64,000 nt of DNA. Origin: an uncultured Syntrophomonadaceae bacterium. Its GTDB lineage: Bacteria; Bacillota; Dethiobacteria; DTU022. Shown piece by piece: positions 8,861-19,420 of this stretch. The notes under the pieces are model-generated. The model saw only the letters and a program-made list of their open reading frames with translations. It had not been told where the DNA came from and did no database searches. Each line of letters opens with the position of its first letter. Position 1 is the stretch's first letter. Location of the stretch: NCBI GenBank assembly GCA_964441025.1, contig CAYTXG010000010.1, positions 3,301 through 67,300 of the forward strand, in the 5' to 3' direction. Both the position numbers and the translations under genes were made by a program.

Positions 8861-10246
8861 CTATTTTGACGCCACCAGTTCCTCTCCCAGGGGGCGGAGC
8901 GCACCGTGGTGAAGCTCCTGCCTTAAGAATAAAAATAGGATAAGCGAGAGCAGCGTGGTGGCTATATCGGCAGCGGGCAGGGTCCAGACAAACCCGTCAA
9001 ATCCCCAGAGTGAACTGAATATGCTCAGGAAGGGGATGTAGAAAAATCCTTGCCTGCCCAGGGAAATGACCAGCGACTGGACTCCCTTGCCCAGAGCCTG
9101 GAACATGGACATGATGAGCATCTGAATCGCCAAAACAGGCATCCCCAGGGCAAAGCGTTTCATGATTATTGCACCCAGTTCAACAACGGTGGCATCATTG
9201 ATAAAAACCCTGATCCAGAAGTCGGAGAATAAAAAGAAAAGAAGGCCGAAAGCGGTGCACATGATCGTCCCGCTGAAGACAGACTTTTTTATTGTCTCCA
9301 GAAGACGTTTATGATTCTTGGCCCCGTAGCTGTAACCCATCAAGGGCTGGCAGCCTTGCCCCAGACCCATGGAAAGCATGACCGTGATATTGGAGATCCG
9401 CCGGGCCAATCCGTTGGCCGCTACAACCTCGTCACCGAAACCTACCGCATAGACATTGTTTACGGCAAAACCGGTGCTGTTCAGCAGCATGGCGATAGAG
9501 GCCGGAATGCCGATCTTGAAAATCTCTGCATAGACCTTCCGATCAAAGCGGAAATGGCTCCAGGATATTGAAACGACCCCTTTTTTCCTGGTGTAAAAAG
9601 AGAGACAGTAAGAGAAACCGACTATGTTGCCGATGACTGTGGCAATGGCGGCTCCGGCCACATCCATCTTCAGCAGAAAAATAAAAATGGGGTCAAGCAA
9701 TATATTCAACAGGGAGCCGCTGACCATGCCGATCATCGCTTCCTTTGTTGCACCTTCAGAGCGCAGCAGCCCGGCCATGGCCATTTTCAAGCCGATAAAG
9801 GGGCTGCCGATAAGCATGATGGATAAATATCTTTTACCAAAACCGAAGGTGTTCACGCTGGCGCCGGCAGACATGAGCACGGGTTTGATAAAGATGAGCC
9901 CGATGATGGAGACGGCGGTGCAGACAGCAGCAGCCGACCAGAAAGCAACAGCACCCGCCCTGCTGGCGCCCTCCCTTTCGCCCTGCCCCAGCAGCCGCGA
10001 AATAAGCGAGGCCCCTCCCACGGCAAAGATATTGCCGAAAGCCTGGATCATCATGAAGATAGGCATTGATATGGCGATTGCAGCGACCATGTTCGGCTCG
10101 TTCAGCTTTCCAATAAAAAATGTGTCTGTCATGTTATAAATTACCTGCACCAGCATGGCCATCATCGTCGGGATGGCCAGGGTCCAGATGGCCTGGTACA
10201 CAGGCATTGAGTCAAGAATATGAGTCCGTTCCAGCTTCTTTTCCAT
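8861..10246 (-). CDS. MATE family multidrug efflux transporter
   Basis: 461 aa with 12 predicted TM segments and MatE-type motifs. Confidence 0.8.
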   Translation of the reverse strand: MEKKLERTHILDSMPVYQAIWTLAIPTMMAMLVQVIYNMTDTFFIGKLNEPNMVAAIAISMPIFMMIQAFGNIFAVGGASLISRLLGQGEREGASRAGAVAFWSAAAVCTAVSIIGLIFIKPVLMSAGASVNTFGFGKRYLSIMLIGSPFIGLKMAMAGLLRSEGATKEAMIGMVSGSLLNILLDPIFIFLLKMDVAGAAIATVIGNIVGFSYCLSFYTRKKGVVSISWSHFRFDRKVYAEIFKIGIPASIAMLLNSTGFAVNNVYAVGFGDEVVAANGLARRISNITVMLSMGLGQGCQPLMGYSYGAKNHKRLLETIKKSVFSGTIMCTAFGLLFFLFSDFWIRVFINDATVVELGAIIMKRFALGMPVLAIQMLIMSMFQALGKGVQSLVISLGRQGFFYIPFLSIFSSLWGFDGFVWTLPAADIATTLLSLILFLFLRQELHHGALRPLGEELVASK

Positions 10247-10248
10247 CG

Positions 10249-10704
10249 CTATTGATTCCCTCTGTTCCTAAGTTTTTCAGTTGTTGCGGCGATAGTTTCC
10301 AGGGCTCTTTCCAGATCCCCCAGTTCCTGCCCTGTTAGCGGGTCAAGACTGGCGGCGACATGCTCCTTGAAACGGCAGTGGATTTCCCGGGCAGCCTTTT
10401 TCCCCTCTTCGGTGAGCACCAGGGCATACTTTCTGCGGTCATCGGGCCCCGAAACTCTTCCCACCAGGCCTTTTTCCTCCAGGCTGTCGGCCACTGTGGT
10501 AAAAGATCCCCTGGCCAGCCCCACCCTTTTGCTGTATTCCGTCATGGTGCCGCCCTCATGCTTGTGAATGTACATCAGCGTTTTTTCCTCGCTCATATTT
10601 AAACCGGCTGATGTCTTGATGTTGCTTCCCTCCAGCAGGGTTCCCATGAACATGGGCAGCTGCGCGATAAGCCCGGCAATAATCTCCTTTTTTTCATCAG
10701 GCAT
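10249..10704 (-). CDS. MarR family transcriptional regulator
   Basis: A winged-HTH MarR core is present. The start is moved to ATG 10704, which follows GAGAGGAG; the longer ORF start at 10728 has no RBS. Confidence 0.75.
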   Translation of the reverse strand: MPDEKKEIIAGLIAQLPMFMGTLLEGSNIKTSAGLNMSEEKTLMYIHKHEGGTMTEYSKRVGLARGSFTTVADSLEEKGLVGRVSGPDDRRKYALVLTEEGKKAAREIHCRFKEHVAASLDPLTGQELGDLERALETIAATTEKLRNRGNQ

Positions 10705-10918
10705 GCTGCTGCTCCTCTCACACGGCATATGCTTAGAATTCTAACATTTAGATTCCTAACCGTCAATTGACTCATTCAGAGGCATTTATCAAAGGTGCCA
10801 GGGGGATTTTGCAAAATCATTATTTCTGAGGATCCCGAAATACATACTTTGACGGATCCCCCTTTTGGACGCACCGATCTATGATCCAGGCAGATGATCA
10901 TCAGGAGGCGAAAATAAA

Positions 10919-11878
10919 ATGGACTCTCCGGCTGTTGAAGTAAAAGATTTGCGCAAGCGCTACGGGAAAGTTGAAGCTCTGGATGGGATCAGCTTCAGCG
11001 TTCGGCGCGGAGAAATCTTCGGGCTGCTCGGGCCCAATGGAGCAGGCAAAACCACCGCTCTGGAGTGCCTGGAGGGGTTGCGCCGGGCCGACAGCGGGGT
11101 GCTCAGGATCATGGGGATCGACCCGGCCCGTGAGCCGCGCCGCCTGAAAGCGCTGATCGGGGTGCAGCTGCAAACCGGGGCTCTGCCCGATTATATCTGT
11201 GTGGATGAAGCCATGCGTTTGTTCAGCGTATACCGGGGCGCCCCCCCGGACTATGGACTGCTGGAGAGGTTGGGTCTGGGCGGGAAGATGAGGGCGCAGT
11301 ATCATACTCTTTCCACCGGTCAGAAACGGCGCCTGGCCCTGGCATTGGCCGTGGTCCACCGGCCTCCGGTGCTCTTCTTCGATGAACCTGCCGCCGGATT
11401 GGACGCGGCCTCGCGGGCCGCCCTGCATGAAATGATTCGGGAACTGCGCGTCAGCGGCGCCGCCATCGTCCTTTCGACCCATGATCTGGCCGAGGCGGAA
11501 CAGATGGCAGACCGGGTGGCCATCCTGCTGCGGGGGTGCATCGCCGCAGCAGGCGCCCCCCGGGAGCTGACCGCCGCCGGGGAGGGGCTGACCAGGATCT
11601 CGGTGCGCACAGCCGGCGGCTGCCTGGCGGGCCTCTCCCTGAGCGGGGTGGTCAGGGCTGCCTGCCAGGATGATTATGCCGTCTATTTTACGGCTTCACC
11701 CGGTCCGGTGGTTGCAGAAATCATCGCTTTAATCGATGCCGCCGGCGACCGGTTGATCGACCTGCGGGTCGAGCGGCCCACCCTGGAGGAACGTTTCCTG
11801 GAACTGACAGGGGGCGTCCCCGCCCCGATGCAGGGGGAGGATCACAGGGAAGCGGCTGCACCCGGAACAATACTTTAA
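10919..11878 (+). CDS. ABC transporter ATP-binding protein
   Basis: Walker A GPNGAGKTT, the LSTGQKRRL signature and Walker B LFFDEP are all present. Confidence 0.9.
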   Translation: MDSPAVEVKDLRKRYGKVEALDGISFSVRRGEIFGLLGPNGAGKTTALECLEGLRRADSGVLRIMGIDPAREPRRLKALIGVQLQTGALPDYICVDEAMRLFSVYRGAPPDYGLLERLGLGGKMRAQYHTLSTGQKRRLALALAVVHRPPVLFFDEPAAGLDAASRAALHEMIRELRVSGAAIVLSTHDLAEAEQMADRVAILLRGCIAAAGAPRELTAAGEGLTRISVRTAGGCLAGLSLSGVVRAACQDDYAVYFTASPGPVVAEIIALIDAAGDRLIDLRVERPTLEERFLELTGGVPAPMQGEDHREAAAPGTIL

Positions 11879-11891
11879 GGAGGTTTTACCG

Positions 11892-12704
11892 GTGAAAGCT
11901 TTTGCCCTTCATTTTTCCTTTGAATTCCTGGCCGGCCTGCGCAACAAAACCCTGCTGCTGATGAATTACCTGCTGCCCCTTGGTTTCTTCGGAATCGTCG
12001 GCGGGATGATGTCCGCAATCAACCCCTCATTCGGAGAGCAGATGATCCCGGCCATGGTCACCTTTGCCGTACTTTCCGGGGCCATCCTGGGTTTGCCGGC
12101 GCCCCTTGTGGATGCCCGTGAAGCCGACATCCTGCGCAGCTTCAAGATCAGCGGGGTGCCGGCTATCTCACTGCTGGCTGTCCCGGCCCTCTCCACGGCG
12201 CTGCACCTGCTCACTGTCTCCGCCGTAATCACGGCTGCGGCGCCGCTCCTCTTCGCCTCGCCCCTGCCGGTAAACTGGCCGGCCTACCTGCTCATCTGCC
12301 TGCTTTTTCTCTTTACTTGCTGCAGCCTGGGCCTGCTTATCGGGGTGATCTCCGGCAGCAGCCGCTCCACCATCCTCTGGTCGCAGCTGATCTACCTCCC
12401 CTCGATGATCCTGAGCGGCATGATGGTCCCGGCGGAGATGCTGCCGCAAACCTTTATCCGGATCGGCCGCCTGCTGCCGGCCTCGTACGCGATGCAGTCC
12501 TTCCTGGGGCTGGCTTACGGCAGGGAGACAGCTTATCCCCCCGCTGCCGGCGTGCTGGTCCTGCTGGCCGGCGGGATCATTGCCTTCGGGATGGCCCTCT
12601 TCCTGTTCAACTGGGATCGACGCAGCAACAGCCGCCGCGGACACCCGGCCCTGGCTGTCCTGGCCCTTTTGCCCTATCTCCTGGGCGCCCTGCTGCCGGT
12701 TTGA
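11892..12704 (+). CDS. ABC-2 type transporter permease
   Basis: GTG start after AAGGAGG; 6 TM segments; sits directly downstream of the ATPase. Confidence 0.75.
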   Translation: MKAFALHFSFEFLAGLRNKTLLLMNYLLPLGFFGIVGGMMSAINPSFGEQMIPAMVTFAVLSGAILGLPAPLVDAREADILRSFKISGVPAISLLAVPALSTALHLLTVSAVITAAAPLLFASPLPVNWPAYLLICLLFLFTCCSLGLLIGVISGSSRSTILWSQLIYLPSMILSGMMVPAEMLPQTFIRIGRLLPASYAMQSFLGLAYGRETAYPPAAGVLVLLAGGIIAFGMALFLFNWDRRSNSRRGHPALAVLALLPYLLGALLPV

Positions 12705-12855
12705 GGCCGGGGCGGGGTGGAACAGGGGCAGGGGCAGGACTGGAGCGGACGGCTCCCGGCGCGAAACAAGAGGATTTCGGAGATGCATGGGGAAAAATAC
12801 TCCATAATAATGGTACCGGCCAATCAAACCGGGGATGGGACGAAGGGATCAGGTC

Positions 12856-13554
12856 ATGGATCAACCGAAAGTCACCCTGCTCATTGTAGACGATCATCCG
12901 CTGTTCCGGCGCGGCGTTCGCTATTTCCTTGAAACAGTGCCCGGCCTGGAGCCGGTGGGCGAGGCGGGAAAAGGGGAGGAAGCCCTGGCCTTTCTGGAGC
13001 GGCGGAGTGTTGACCTGGTTCTGCTCGACCTGCAGATGCCCGGCCTCGATGGAATTGAAACCACCCGGCGCCTGCTGGCCCTGCAGCCGGGGGTGAGAGT
13101 GCTTATCCTGACCTCCTTCGGCGGCGGAGAGCGCGTCCACGACGCCCTCAAGGCGGGAGCGGCCGGTTATGTCCTCAAGGACGCTGCGCCCGAAGAGCTG
13201 GTGGCGGCGATCAGGGCGGCAGCCGCAGGAGGCAGCTACCTGGGAGCGCGGGCCGCCGCGGAACTGATCGGGCAGACGGGCGGCGAAGGGCGGGGCGGGG
13301 GGGAAGAGGGGCGGCAGGGCGGAGACCCGCATGAGCCGCTCACCGCCCGCGAAAGGGAGGTCCTGGCGCTCATCGCCGGGGGTTTGAGCAACCGCGAAAT
13401 AGCGGGACGCCTCTACTTAAGCGAGACAACGGTGAAGAGCCACGTGGCCAATATACTGGGAAAACTGGGCTTGAGGAGCCGCACCCAGGCTGCCCTCTAT
13501 GCCATGCGCAAAAACTTGACGGGCGGGGTGGAGGAAAGTGACCCTGAAAAATGA
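12856..13554 (+). CDS. Two-component response regulator, NarL/LuxR family (with a Gly/Ala-rich insertion before the HTH)
   Basis: Receiver domain (LLIVDDHPLFR ... LDLQMPGLDG) followed by a LuxR HTH (LTAREREVLALIAGGLSNREIAGRLYLSETTVKSH). ATG 12856 follows AAGGGA. Confidence 0.85.
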   Translation: MDQPKVTLLIVDDHPLFRRGVRYFLETVPGLEPVGEAGKGEEALAFLERRSVDLVLLDLQMPGLDGIETTRRLLALQPGVRVLILTSFGGGERVHDALKAGAAGYVLKDAAPEELVAAIRAAAAGGSYLGARAAAELIGQTGGEGRGGGEEGRQGGDPHEPLTAREREVLALIAGGLSNREIAGRLYLSETTVKSHVANILGKLGLRSRTQAALYAMRKNLTGGVEESDPEK

Positions 13555-14656
13555 AGGGCAGTATATTAAGACATTTCTGCTCAGCAGCGGGGCCGGAGCC
13601 CTCTTCGGTCTTGCTGCCGCTATAGTTTTAAACCGGATGGGCCTGGTTCCCGACTCGGGGGGGGCCCTCTTTATTGCCGCGGTAACCCTGCTGGCCGGGT
13701 GTTATTCCGGACTGGCGGGGATGGGAGGCGCGTACCTGGATGAACGGCTGAGGCGCCGCGGCATGGAAAGGGTGCTGCCCCGGCTGGCGATCAGCTTCGG
13801 CGTCGTCGCCCTGCTCACGGCGGCCCTGGCCTGGCTGGGATTCACCCTTTTCGGTGCCGCCTCCTCCGGCCTGGAGATGCAGCGCATCGCTGCCGGGGGC
13901 ATTATCGCGGGGCTGATTTTTGGAGCCCTCTTCGCCCTGGGCAATTACCTGCTCTGGCGAAACAGGCAGAAGATGATCCTTCTGGAGATGGAGAACCGCC
14001 ACCTGGCGGAGCTTGCTTCCCGGGAAGAGCTGCTTCGTGAGGCGGCGCGCAACCTTGCTGTGACGGAGGAACGCAACCGCATGGCCCGTGAGTTGCACGA
14101 TACCATCTCCCAGGGGATGCACGGAATAGTCTATTCCCTGCGCTCACTCCATGATCTTCTCGACAGCAGCGAGCGGGGCATGAAGATTCTGGGCCACCTG
14201 GAGCAGACCGCTGACGAGACCATGCAGGAGCTGCATCGCCTGGTGGAGGAGCTTTCCCCCTCGCCCCTGGAGGATTACGGGCTGGCGGATGCCCTGCGTC
14301 GGCATTGCGATCTTTTCGCCCGGCGCTACGGGCTCGACCTTGAGCTGTGTCTTCATTACGACGGGGGGCTGCAGTCGGGACAGGAGGCGGCGATCTTCCG
14401 CATTGTTCAGGAGGCGCTGACCAATGCCTGGCGCCATGCGGGAGCAGCGCGGGTTTGCGTGGAGCTGATCGGCGGCCCCGGCGGTGCAGTTCTTGCCGTG
14501 CGCGATGACGGCCGCGGCTTTGACCCCGCCGCTGCGCCCCGCGGCCGCGGCCTGGAGAACATGGAGGCCCGCGCCCGCCGGAACGGGGGATATTTCGGCA
14601 TCATCTCCGCCCCCGGCACAGGCGCTGAAATAGAGGTCCGATTTCCGCAAAGCTGA
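13538..14656 (+). CDS. Sensor histidine kinase, HisKA_3 type (DesK/LiaS-like)
   Basis: N-terminal TM helices, an H-box (ERNRMARELHDTISQ) and an HATPase_c domain. The gene overlaps the regulator gene. Confidence 0.85.
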   Translation: MTLKNEGQYIKTFLLSSGAGALFGLAAAIVLNRMGLVPDSGGALFIAAVTLLAGCYSGLAGMGGAYLDERLRRRGMERVLPRLAISFGVVALLTAALAWLGFTLFGAASSGLEMQRIAAGGIIAGLIFGALFALGNYLLWRNRQKMILLEMENRHLAELASREELLREAARNLAVTEERNRMARELHDTISQGMHGIVYSLRSLHDLLDSSERGMKILGHLEQTADETMQELHRLVEELSPSPLEDYGLADALRRHCDLFARRYGLDLELCLHYDGGLQSGQEAAIFRIVQEALTNAWRHAGAARVCVELIGGPGGAVLAVRDDGRGFDPAAAPRGRGLENMEARARRNGGYFGIISAPGTGAEIEVRFPQS

Positions 14657-14853
14657 GCTGTTCAATGTCTGCCAAATTTAATCGTCAAGTTGCCGGGAAC
14701 CGGATCTGCCCGGCCGCTGTCATTAAGATAGAAAGAATATCCATGGGAGGGATGAGAGGTAAAACAAACATTTCAAAAACTGCCGAATATGAGGGCCGGC
14801 AAATCCGGCTTCATCGCCGGAATGGTAGTTATAAAAAAAGTAAGGGAGCGGCA

Positions 14854-16167
14854 ATGACAATGAAGCGTATAGTTTTGATCTTACTCACCTGTTTATTCCT
14901 TGTTTTTGTTTCCGGATGCGATTCTCTTTTCCATGCTGAGCCGGGGGACAAAGAGGGCCAGATCTATTCTGGTATCATCGAGGTGATCTATCCCCGGGCT
15001 TATGAGCTTGAAGACCGCGATGCGCAGTGGAAAGTTTTCGAGCAGAACCCCGTTGACGACCTCTTTATGGCTGCGCTCAGCGATTTTTCCTATAAAACAG
15101 GCGCCGCCATCCTCCGGGACGCCGGGGAAAACATGAATTACTCACCTCTTTCGCTCTATTATGCCCTGGCCCTGGCGGCCTCGGGGGCAAGGGGCGAGAC
15201 GGAAGCAGAGCTGCTGGCCCTGCTGGGCGTGCCTGACAGCCGCTTTCTTTCTACACAGTGCGGGAATCTCTACCGGATGCTGTACCGGGACAACGAAATC
15301 GGCAAGCTCAAGATCGCCAACTCCCTCTGGATGGACGACGACATGAACGGAGATCCCGTTGTCTTCAAGGAAGATTATGTTAAAGATTCGGCAGAGAATT
15401 TCTATGCCAGTTCACACAGCGTCGATTTTGCCGATGCCAAAGCGGGCCAGGCAATGGCTGATTGGATCGCGGCTCACACCAATGGCACGCTGTCTCCGGA
15501 GATTGAAACAGATCCCGATCAGATACTCTCCATCCTGAATACGGTCTATTTTTACGATCAGTGGATTGACCGTTTCGATGAGAGCAAAACCGCTGCAGAT
15601 CTGTTTCATCTTGCGAATGGCAGAGATGTAACCTGTGATTTTATGAACCAAACCTTTCTCTCGGCAAGTTTTGCAAAGGGGGAGCTCTATACCAGTGCGG
15701 CACTGGAGCTAAAAAATGGAGGCCGGATGATATTCGTGCTGCCCGACGAAAATGTCTCACCCTCTGAACTGCTCGGCTCTCCCGGGCAGATGCGGACACT
15801 ATTTGAGGGCGGGGAGCCCAGTTACGGTGAGATAGTCTGGAAAATACCCAAATTCGGTTTTGGATCAAAGCTTGAACTGGTTGATCTGTTAAAAGAGCTG
15901 GGCATTAGCGCCGCTTTTGCCGGTGATGCCGATTTTTCGGGCATTACCGATCACATCGCTTTTATTTCTGATGTGCACCAGGAAACGCATATTGCCGTCG
16001 ATGAAAAAGGCGTGGAAGCCTCGGCTTTTACCCAGATAGACTTTTGCGGCGCAGCGCCGCCTGAAAGCCGCGCTGAAATGATTCTCGACCGCCCCTTTCT
16101 TTACGCCATTACGGCGCCGGAGGGCAGCCTGCTCTTTGTGGGCCTGTGCGAGAATCCTACCGAATGA
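14854..16167 (+). CDS. Serpin (serine protease inhibitor) lipoprotein
   Basis: ATG 14854 follows AAGGGAG. The signal peptide ends in VSGC. Serpin motifs include NTVYFYDQW and the C-terminal hinge/RCL-proximal RPFLYAITAPEGSLLFVGLCENP. Confidence 0.75.
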   Translation: MTMKRIVLILLTCLFLVFVSGCDSLFHAEPGDKEGQIYSGIIEVIYPRAYELEDRDAQWKVFEQNPVDDLFMAALSDFSYKTGAAILRDAGENMNYSPLSLYYALALAASGARGETEAELLALLGVPDSRFLSTQCGNLYRMLYRDNEIGKLKIANSLWMDDDMNGDPVVFKEDYVKDSAENFYASSHSVDFADAKAGQAMADWIAAHTNGTLSPEIETDPDQILSILNTVYFYDQWIDRFDESKTAADLFHLANGRDVTCDFMNQTFLSASFAKGELYTSAALELKNGGRMIFVLPDENVSPSELLGSPGQMRTLFEGGEPSYGEIVWKIPKFGFGSKLELVDLLKELGISAAFAGDADFSGITDHIAFISDVHQETHIAVDEKGVEASAFTQIDFCGAAPPESRAEMILDRPFLYAITAPEGSLLFVGLCENPTE

Positions 16168-16564
16168 CCAGGGCGCAGACAAGGGCGATGATAGTGAGCA
16201 GCCCCGGCAGCCAGGCCAGGTATGTCTCCATGCTGATCACACTCTCCACATAACAGCTGTCCCGGAAAAGAATAAAGGGCAGCGACAGGATGAACAAGGC
16301 AATATTGATCATGAAAACAGCGAAGGCATAGCGGTTGATCGGTGAAAAGAATAACCCATCCGGCCAGGGCCGGCGCCGCAATGAAACCGCCCATTGTCTT
16401 CTTCTCCATGCAACCTACGATCCGGCGATTACCTCTACGAATTGTAGAAAACGTGATAAGGTGACAGGAGAACCGTCCCCGTGTCACCTTAAAAAATGTT
16501 TTCAACAAGGAAACTGCTGTCCATTGTTGAAAGAGGGGATGTAATGTAAAAGTGAGGTGGTCCC

Positions 16565-16963
16565 GTGCTCAAGGAGTTCAAGGAGTTTGCCATGAAAGGA
16601 AACGTGATGGACCTGGCCATTGCCGTCATCGTTGGCGGGGCCTTCGGTAAAATTGTGACCTCGCTGGTCAATGATATCCTTATGCCGGTCCTGGGGATCA
16701 TTCTGGGCAGGATCAACTTTGCCGATTTGAAGTTTGTGATTGCCCCGGCAAGCGGCGATGTGGTCGAGGCCGCTTTCAGGTACGGCGCCTTTATCCAATC
16801 CGTTATTGATTTCCTGATCATCAGTTTCTGCATCTTCATATTTGTCAAGCTAATCTCTTCATTCAAGAAGAAGGAACCGGCTAAGGATGACCCCGCTCCC
16901 GCGGAGCCCAGCAAAGAGGAACTGCTGCTTGCCGAGATCAGGGACCTGCTCAAAAAAGGATGA
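16565..16963 (+). CDS. mscL: Large-conductance mechanosensitive channel
   Basis: MLKEFKEFAMKGNVMDLAIAVIVGGAFGKIV matches the MscL N-terminus. GTG start follows AGGTGG. Confidence 0.9.
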   Translation: MLKEFKEFAMKGNVMDLAIAVIVGGAFGKIVTSLVNDILMPVLGIILGRINFADLKFVIAPASGDVVEAAFRYGAFIQSVIDFLIISFCIFIFVKLISSFKKKEPAKDDPAPAEPSKEELLLAEIRDLLKKG

Positions 16964-17206
16964 AAAATTTTTTCCTCATGGGACAGTCCCTGCAACCCTG
17001 CCCTTTTGCCTTTTACCGGCTGAAAAGGCGCAGTGCAGGCGGAGCGGCATTGAGAAAATAAGCCAGCCAGTGGTAAAGGAAGAAATATCTTTACCGAGAA
17101 TACTAAATATAAACCATGAGCGGTTATGTAATAAATGGAATTACAGGCTGCCGGCGCACCCGGTTTTAATTTGTCTTGCTACCATGCTGCGGGGAGTGGA
17201 TCACCA

Positions 17207-19420
17207 ATGGAAATTAGTGAAAATGCCAGGATAACCTATGAGAAAAGGTATTTGAAAAAGGACCTTCAGGGCAACCCCCTGGAGACACCCGAAGATCTGC
17301 TTAGAAGGGTAGCCAAAAATATGGCTGCGATAGAGCGGGAGTACGGCAAGGACGAGGCTGAAATCAAAAAAATCGAGGAGGATTTTTTTGAAGCCATGGC
17401 CGGCGCCTATTTCCTGCCCAATTCACCCACCTTGATGAATGCAGGCCGCGATCTGCAGCAGCTCAGCGCCTGTTTTGTTCTGCCCGTAGAGGATAGCATG
17501 GAGGGGATTTTCACCTCGCTTAAGCATATGGCCCTGGTGCAGAAAACGGGGGGCGGCACCGGTTTTGCCTTTGACCGGCTGCGCCCCGCCGGAGATCGGG
17601 TCCAGACAACCAATGGGGTGGCCAGCGGCCCCATCTCTTTTCTGAAGATTTTTGATGCAGCCACCGAGGCTGTAAAACAAGGCGGTACACGTCGCGGGGC
17701 CAACATGGGCTCGCTGCGCTTCGACCATCCCGACATCCTGGAATTTATCTGCTGCAAGGAAAAAGAGGGTGAGATCAGCAACTTCAATCTCTCTGTCACC
17801 GTCTCTGATGATTTCATGCGCAAAGCAACGGGGGAGGATCCCGATCCCTATTACCCCCTGCTCAACCCCCGCACCGGTGAACCCTATGCCGATCCCGAAA
17901 CGGGAAAGGCCGTGCAGCTGCACGCTGGCGAGGTCTTTGACCTCATCGTGGAAAAGGCCTGGGCCAAGGGCGATCCCGGCATTATCTTTATCGAGCAGAT
18001 GAACCGCTTCAACCCCACCCCGCACATCGGAAACTACGAGACGACCAATCCTTGCGGAGAGCAGCCGCTGCTTCCCTACGAAGCCTGCTGTCTGGCCTCG
18101 CTGAACCTGGGCAAATTCGTGACCGGTGACGGTGAGGTGGATTGGGAGCAGCTGCGCCGGGTGATCCGGACCGCCGTCCGCTTTCTCGACAACACCATAG
18201 ACAGCAGCAATTATGTTGTCGAGGAGATTGACAGGATGCACAAGGGCAACCGGAAGATCGGCCTGGGGGTGATGGGCTGGCACGATCTGCTGGTCCGTTT
18301 GGGCATCCCCTATGACAGCGAAGCGGCCCTGGAGAGGGCGGAGCAGGTGATGCGCTTCATCAACGAAGAGGCCAGGGATTGCTCCGTTGATCTGGCCTCG
18401 GAGCGCGGTGTATTCCCCAATTTTGAGGGAAGCATCTACGATACTGGAAAACCGGAGGAAAGGGTCCGCAATGCCACCCGCACCACCATCGCTCCCACCG
18501 GGACTATCTCCATTTTGGCCGGAGCCAGCAGCGGCATTGAGCCTTATTTCAGCATTGCCTTTTTGCGCAAGAACATCCTGGGCGGCGTGGATTTGCCCGA
18601 GGTGAACCCCCTTTTCCTGGAACTGGCCTCGCGCGGCGGTTTTTACTCCGAAGAGCTGATCCGTGATATTGCACGAACGGGGTATATTCCTGAAGATGAA
18701 GCGGCGGTGCCGGCCGCCATAAAAGAACTCTTTAAAACAGCCATGGAGATCGATCCGGAGTGGCACATCCGCCACCAGGCCCTCTTTCAAAAATACACGG
18801 ACAATGCCGTCAGCAAAACCATAAATCTCAGCCGTGAAGCCACGGTGGATGATATAAAGAGCGCCTATGTTTTTGCCTGGGAAAGCGGCTGCAAAGGTAT
18901 CACCGTGTACCGTGACGGTTCCAGGGAACAGCAGGTTTTGAATGTTGGCGTCGGCGTTGAAGAGAGCCTCAGGCCGAGCAGCCGTCCCGCAACTCTGACT
19001 GGACGGACAACCTGCATCAAAACAGCACTGGGCAATCTCTTCGTGACGGTTAATACCGCCGGGGGAAAGCCCTTCGAACTCTTCGCCCAGATCGGCAAGG
19101 CCGGCAGCGATGTGGTCGCCTTTACCGAGGCCATTGCCAGGCTGATCTCGCTGGCCCTGCGCTGCGGTGTTGGTGTGGAGGAGATCATCGCCCAACTTGA
19201 GGGGATTGGCGGCTACCGCTCGGTGGGTTTCGGCCCCAACCGGATCATGAGCGTTCCGGATGCTATCGGGCGAGCCCTGGCCCGGCTGCTCCAGGCGCGG
19301 CCCGGCGAAAACGGCAGCCGCTGCGATTCGCGGGAAATCTGCCCGGACTGCGGCAGTGCAGCCATGACCAGGGTGGAAGGCTGCGCCAAGTGCGAGGCCT
19401 GCGGCTACAGCGAGTGCTGA
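17207..19420 (+). CDS. nrdJ: Ribonucleoside-diphosphate/triphosphate reductase class II, adenosylcobalamin-dependent
   Basis: RNR active-site regions (NPCGEQPL, the SCNL region) and a C-terminal Cys-rich zinc ribbon (CPDCGS...CAKCEACGY). ATG 17207 follows GGGAGTGG. Confidence 0.85.
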   Translation: MEISENARITYEKRYLKKDLQGNPLETPEDLLRRVAKNMAAIEREYGKDEAEIKKIEEDFFEAMAGAYFLPNSPTLMNAGRDLQQLSACFVLPVEDSMEGIFTSLKHMALVQKTGGGTGFAFDRLRPAGDRVQTTNGVASGPISFLKIFDAATEAVKQGGTRRGANMGSLRFDHPDILEFICCKEKEGEISNFNLSVTVSDDFMRKATGEDPDPYYPLLNPRTGEPYADPETGKAVQLHAGEVFDLIVEKAWAKGDPGIIFIEQMNRFNPTPHIGNYETTNPCGEQPLLPYEACCLASLNLGKFVTGDGEVDWEQLRRVIRTAVRFLDNTIDSSNYVVEEIDRMHKGNRKIGLGVMGWHDLLVRLGIPYDSEAALERAEQVMRFINEEARDCSVDLASERGVFPNFEGSIYDTGKPEERVRNATRTTIAPTGTISILAGASSGIEPYFSIAFLRKNILGGVDLPEVNPLFLELASRGGFYSEELIRDIARTGYIPEDEAAVPAAIKELFKTAMEIDPEWHIRHQALFQKYTDNAVSKTINLSREATVDDIKSAYVFAWESGCKGITVYRDGSREQQVLNVGVGVEESLRPSSRPATLTGRTTCIKTALGNLFVTVNTAGGKPFELFAQIGKAGSDVVAFTEAIARLISLALRCGVGVEEIIAQLEGIGGYRSVGFGPNRIMSVPDAIGRALARLLQARPGENGSRCDSREICPDCGSAAMTRVEGCAKCEACGYSEC

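Noticed and set aside
16157-16381. 74-aa two-TM ORF on the minus strand between the serpin and mscL
   Set aside because: It overlaps the serpin 3' end. There is no clear RBS or homology. It could be a real small membrane protein, but the support is insufficient.
16963-17206. Possible cobalamin riboswitch or NrdR box upstream of nrdJ
   Set aside because: No B12-box (GCCACTG-like) core or convincing NrdR palindrome was found by eye. It would need an Rfam scan, so it is left uncalled.
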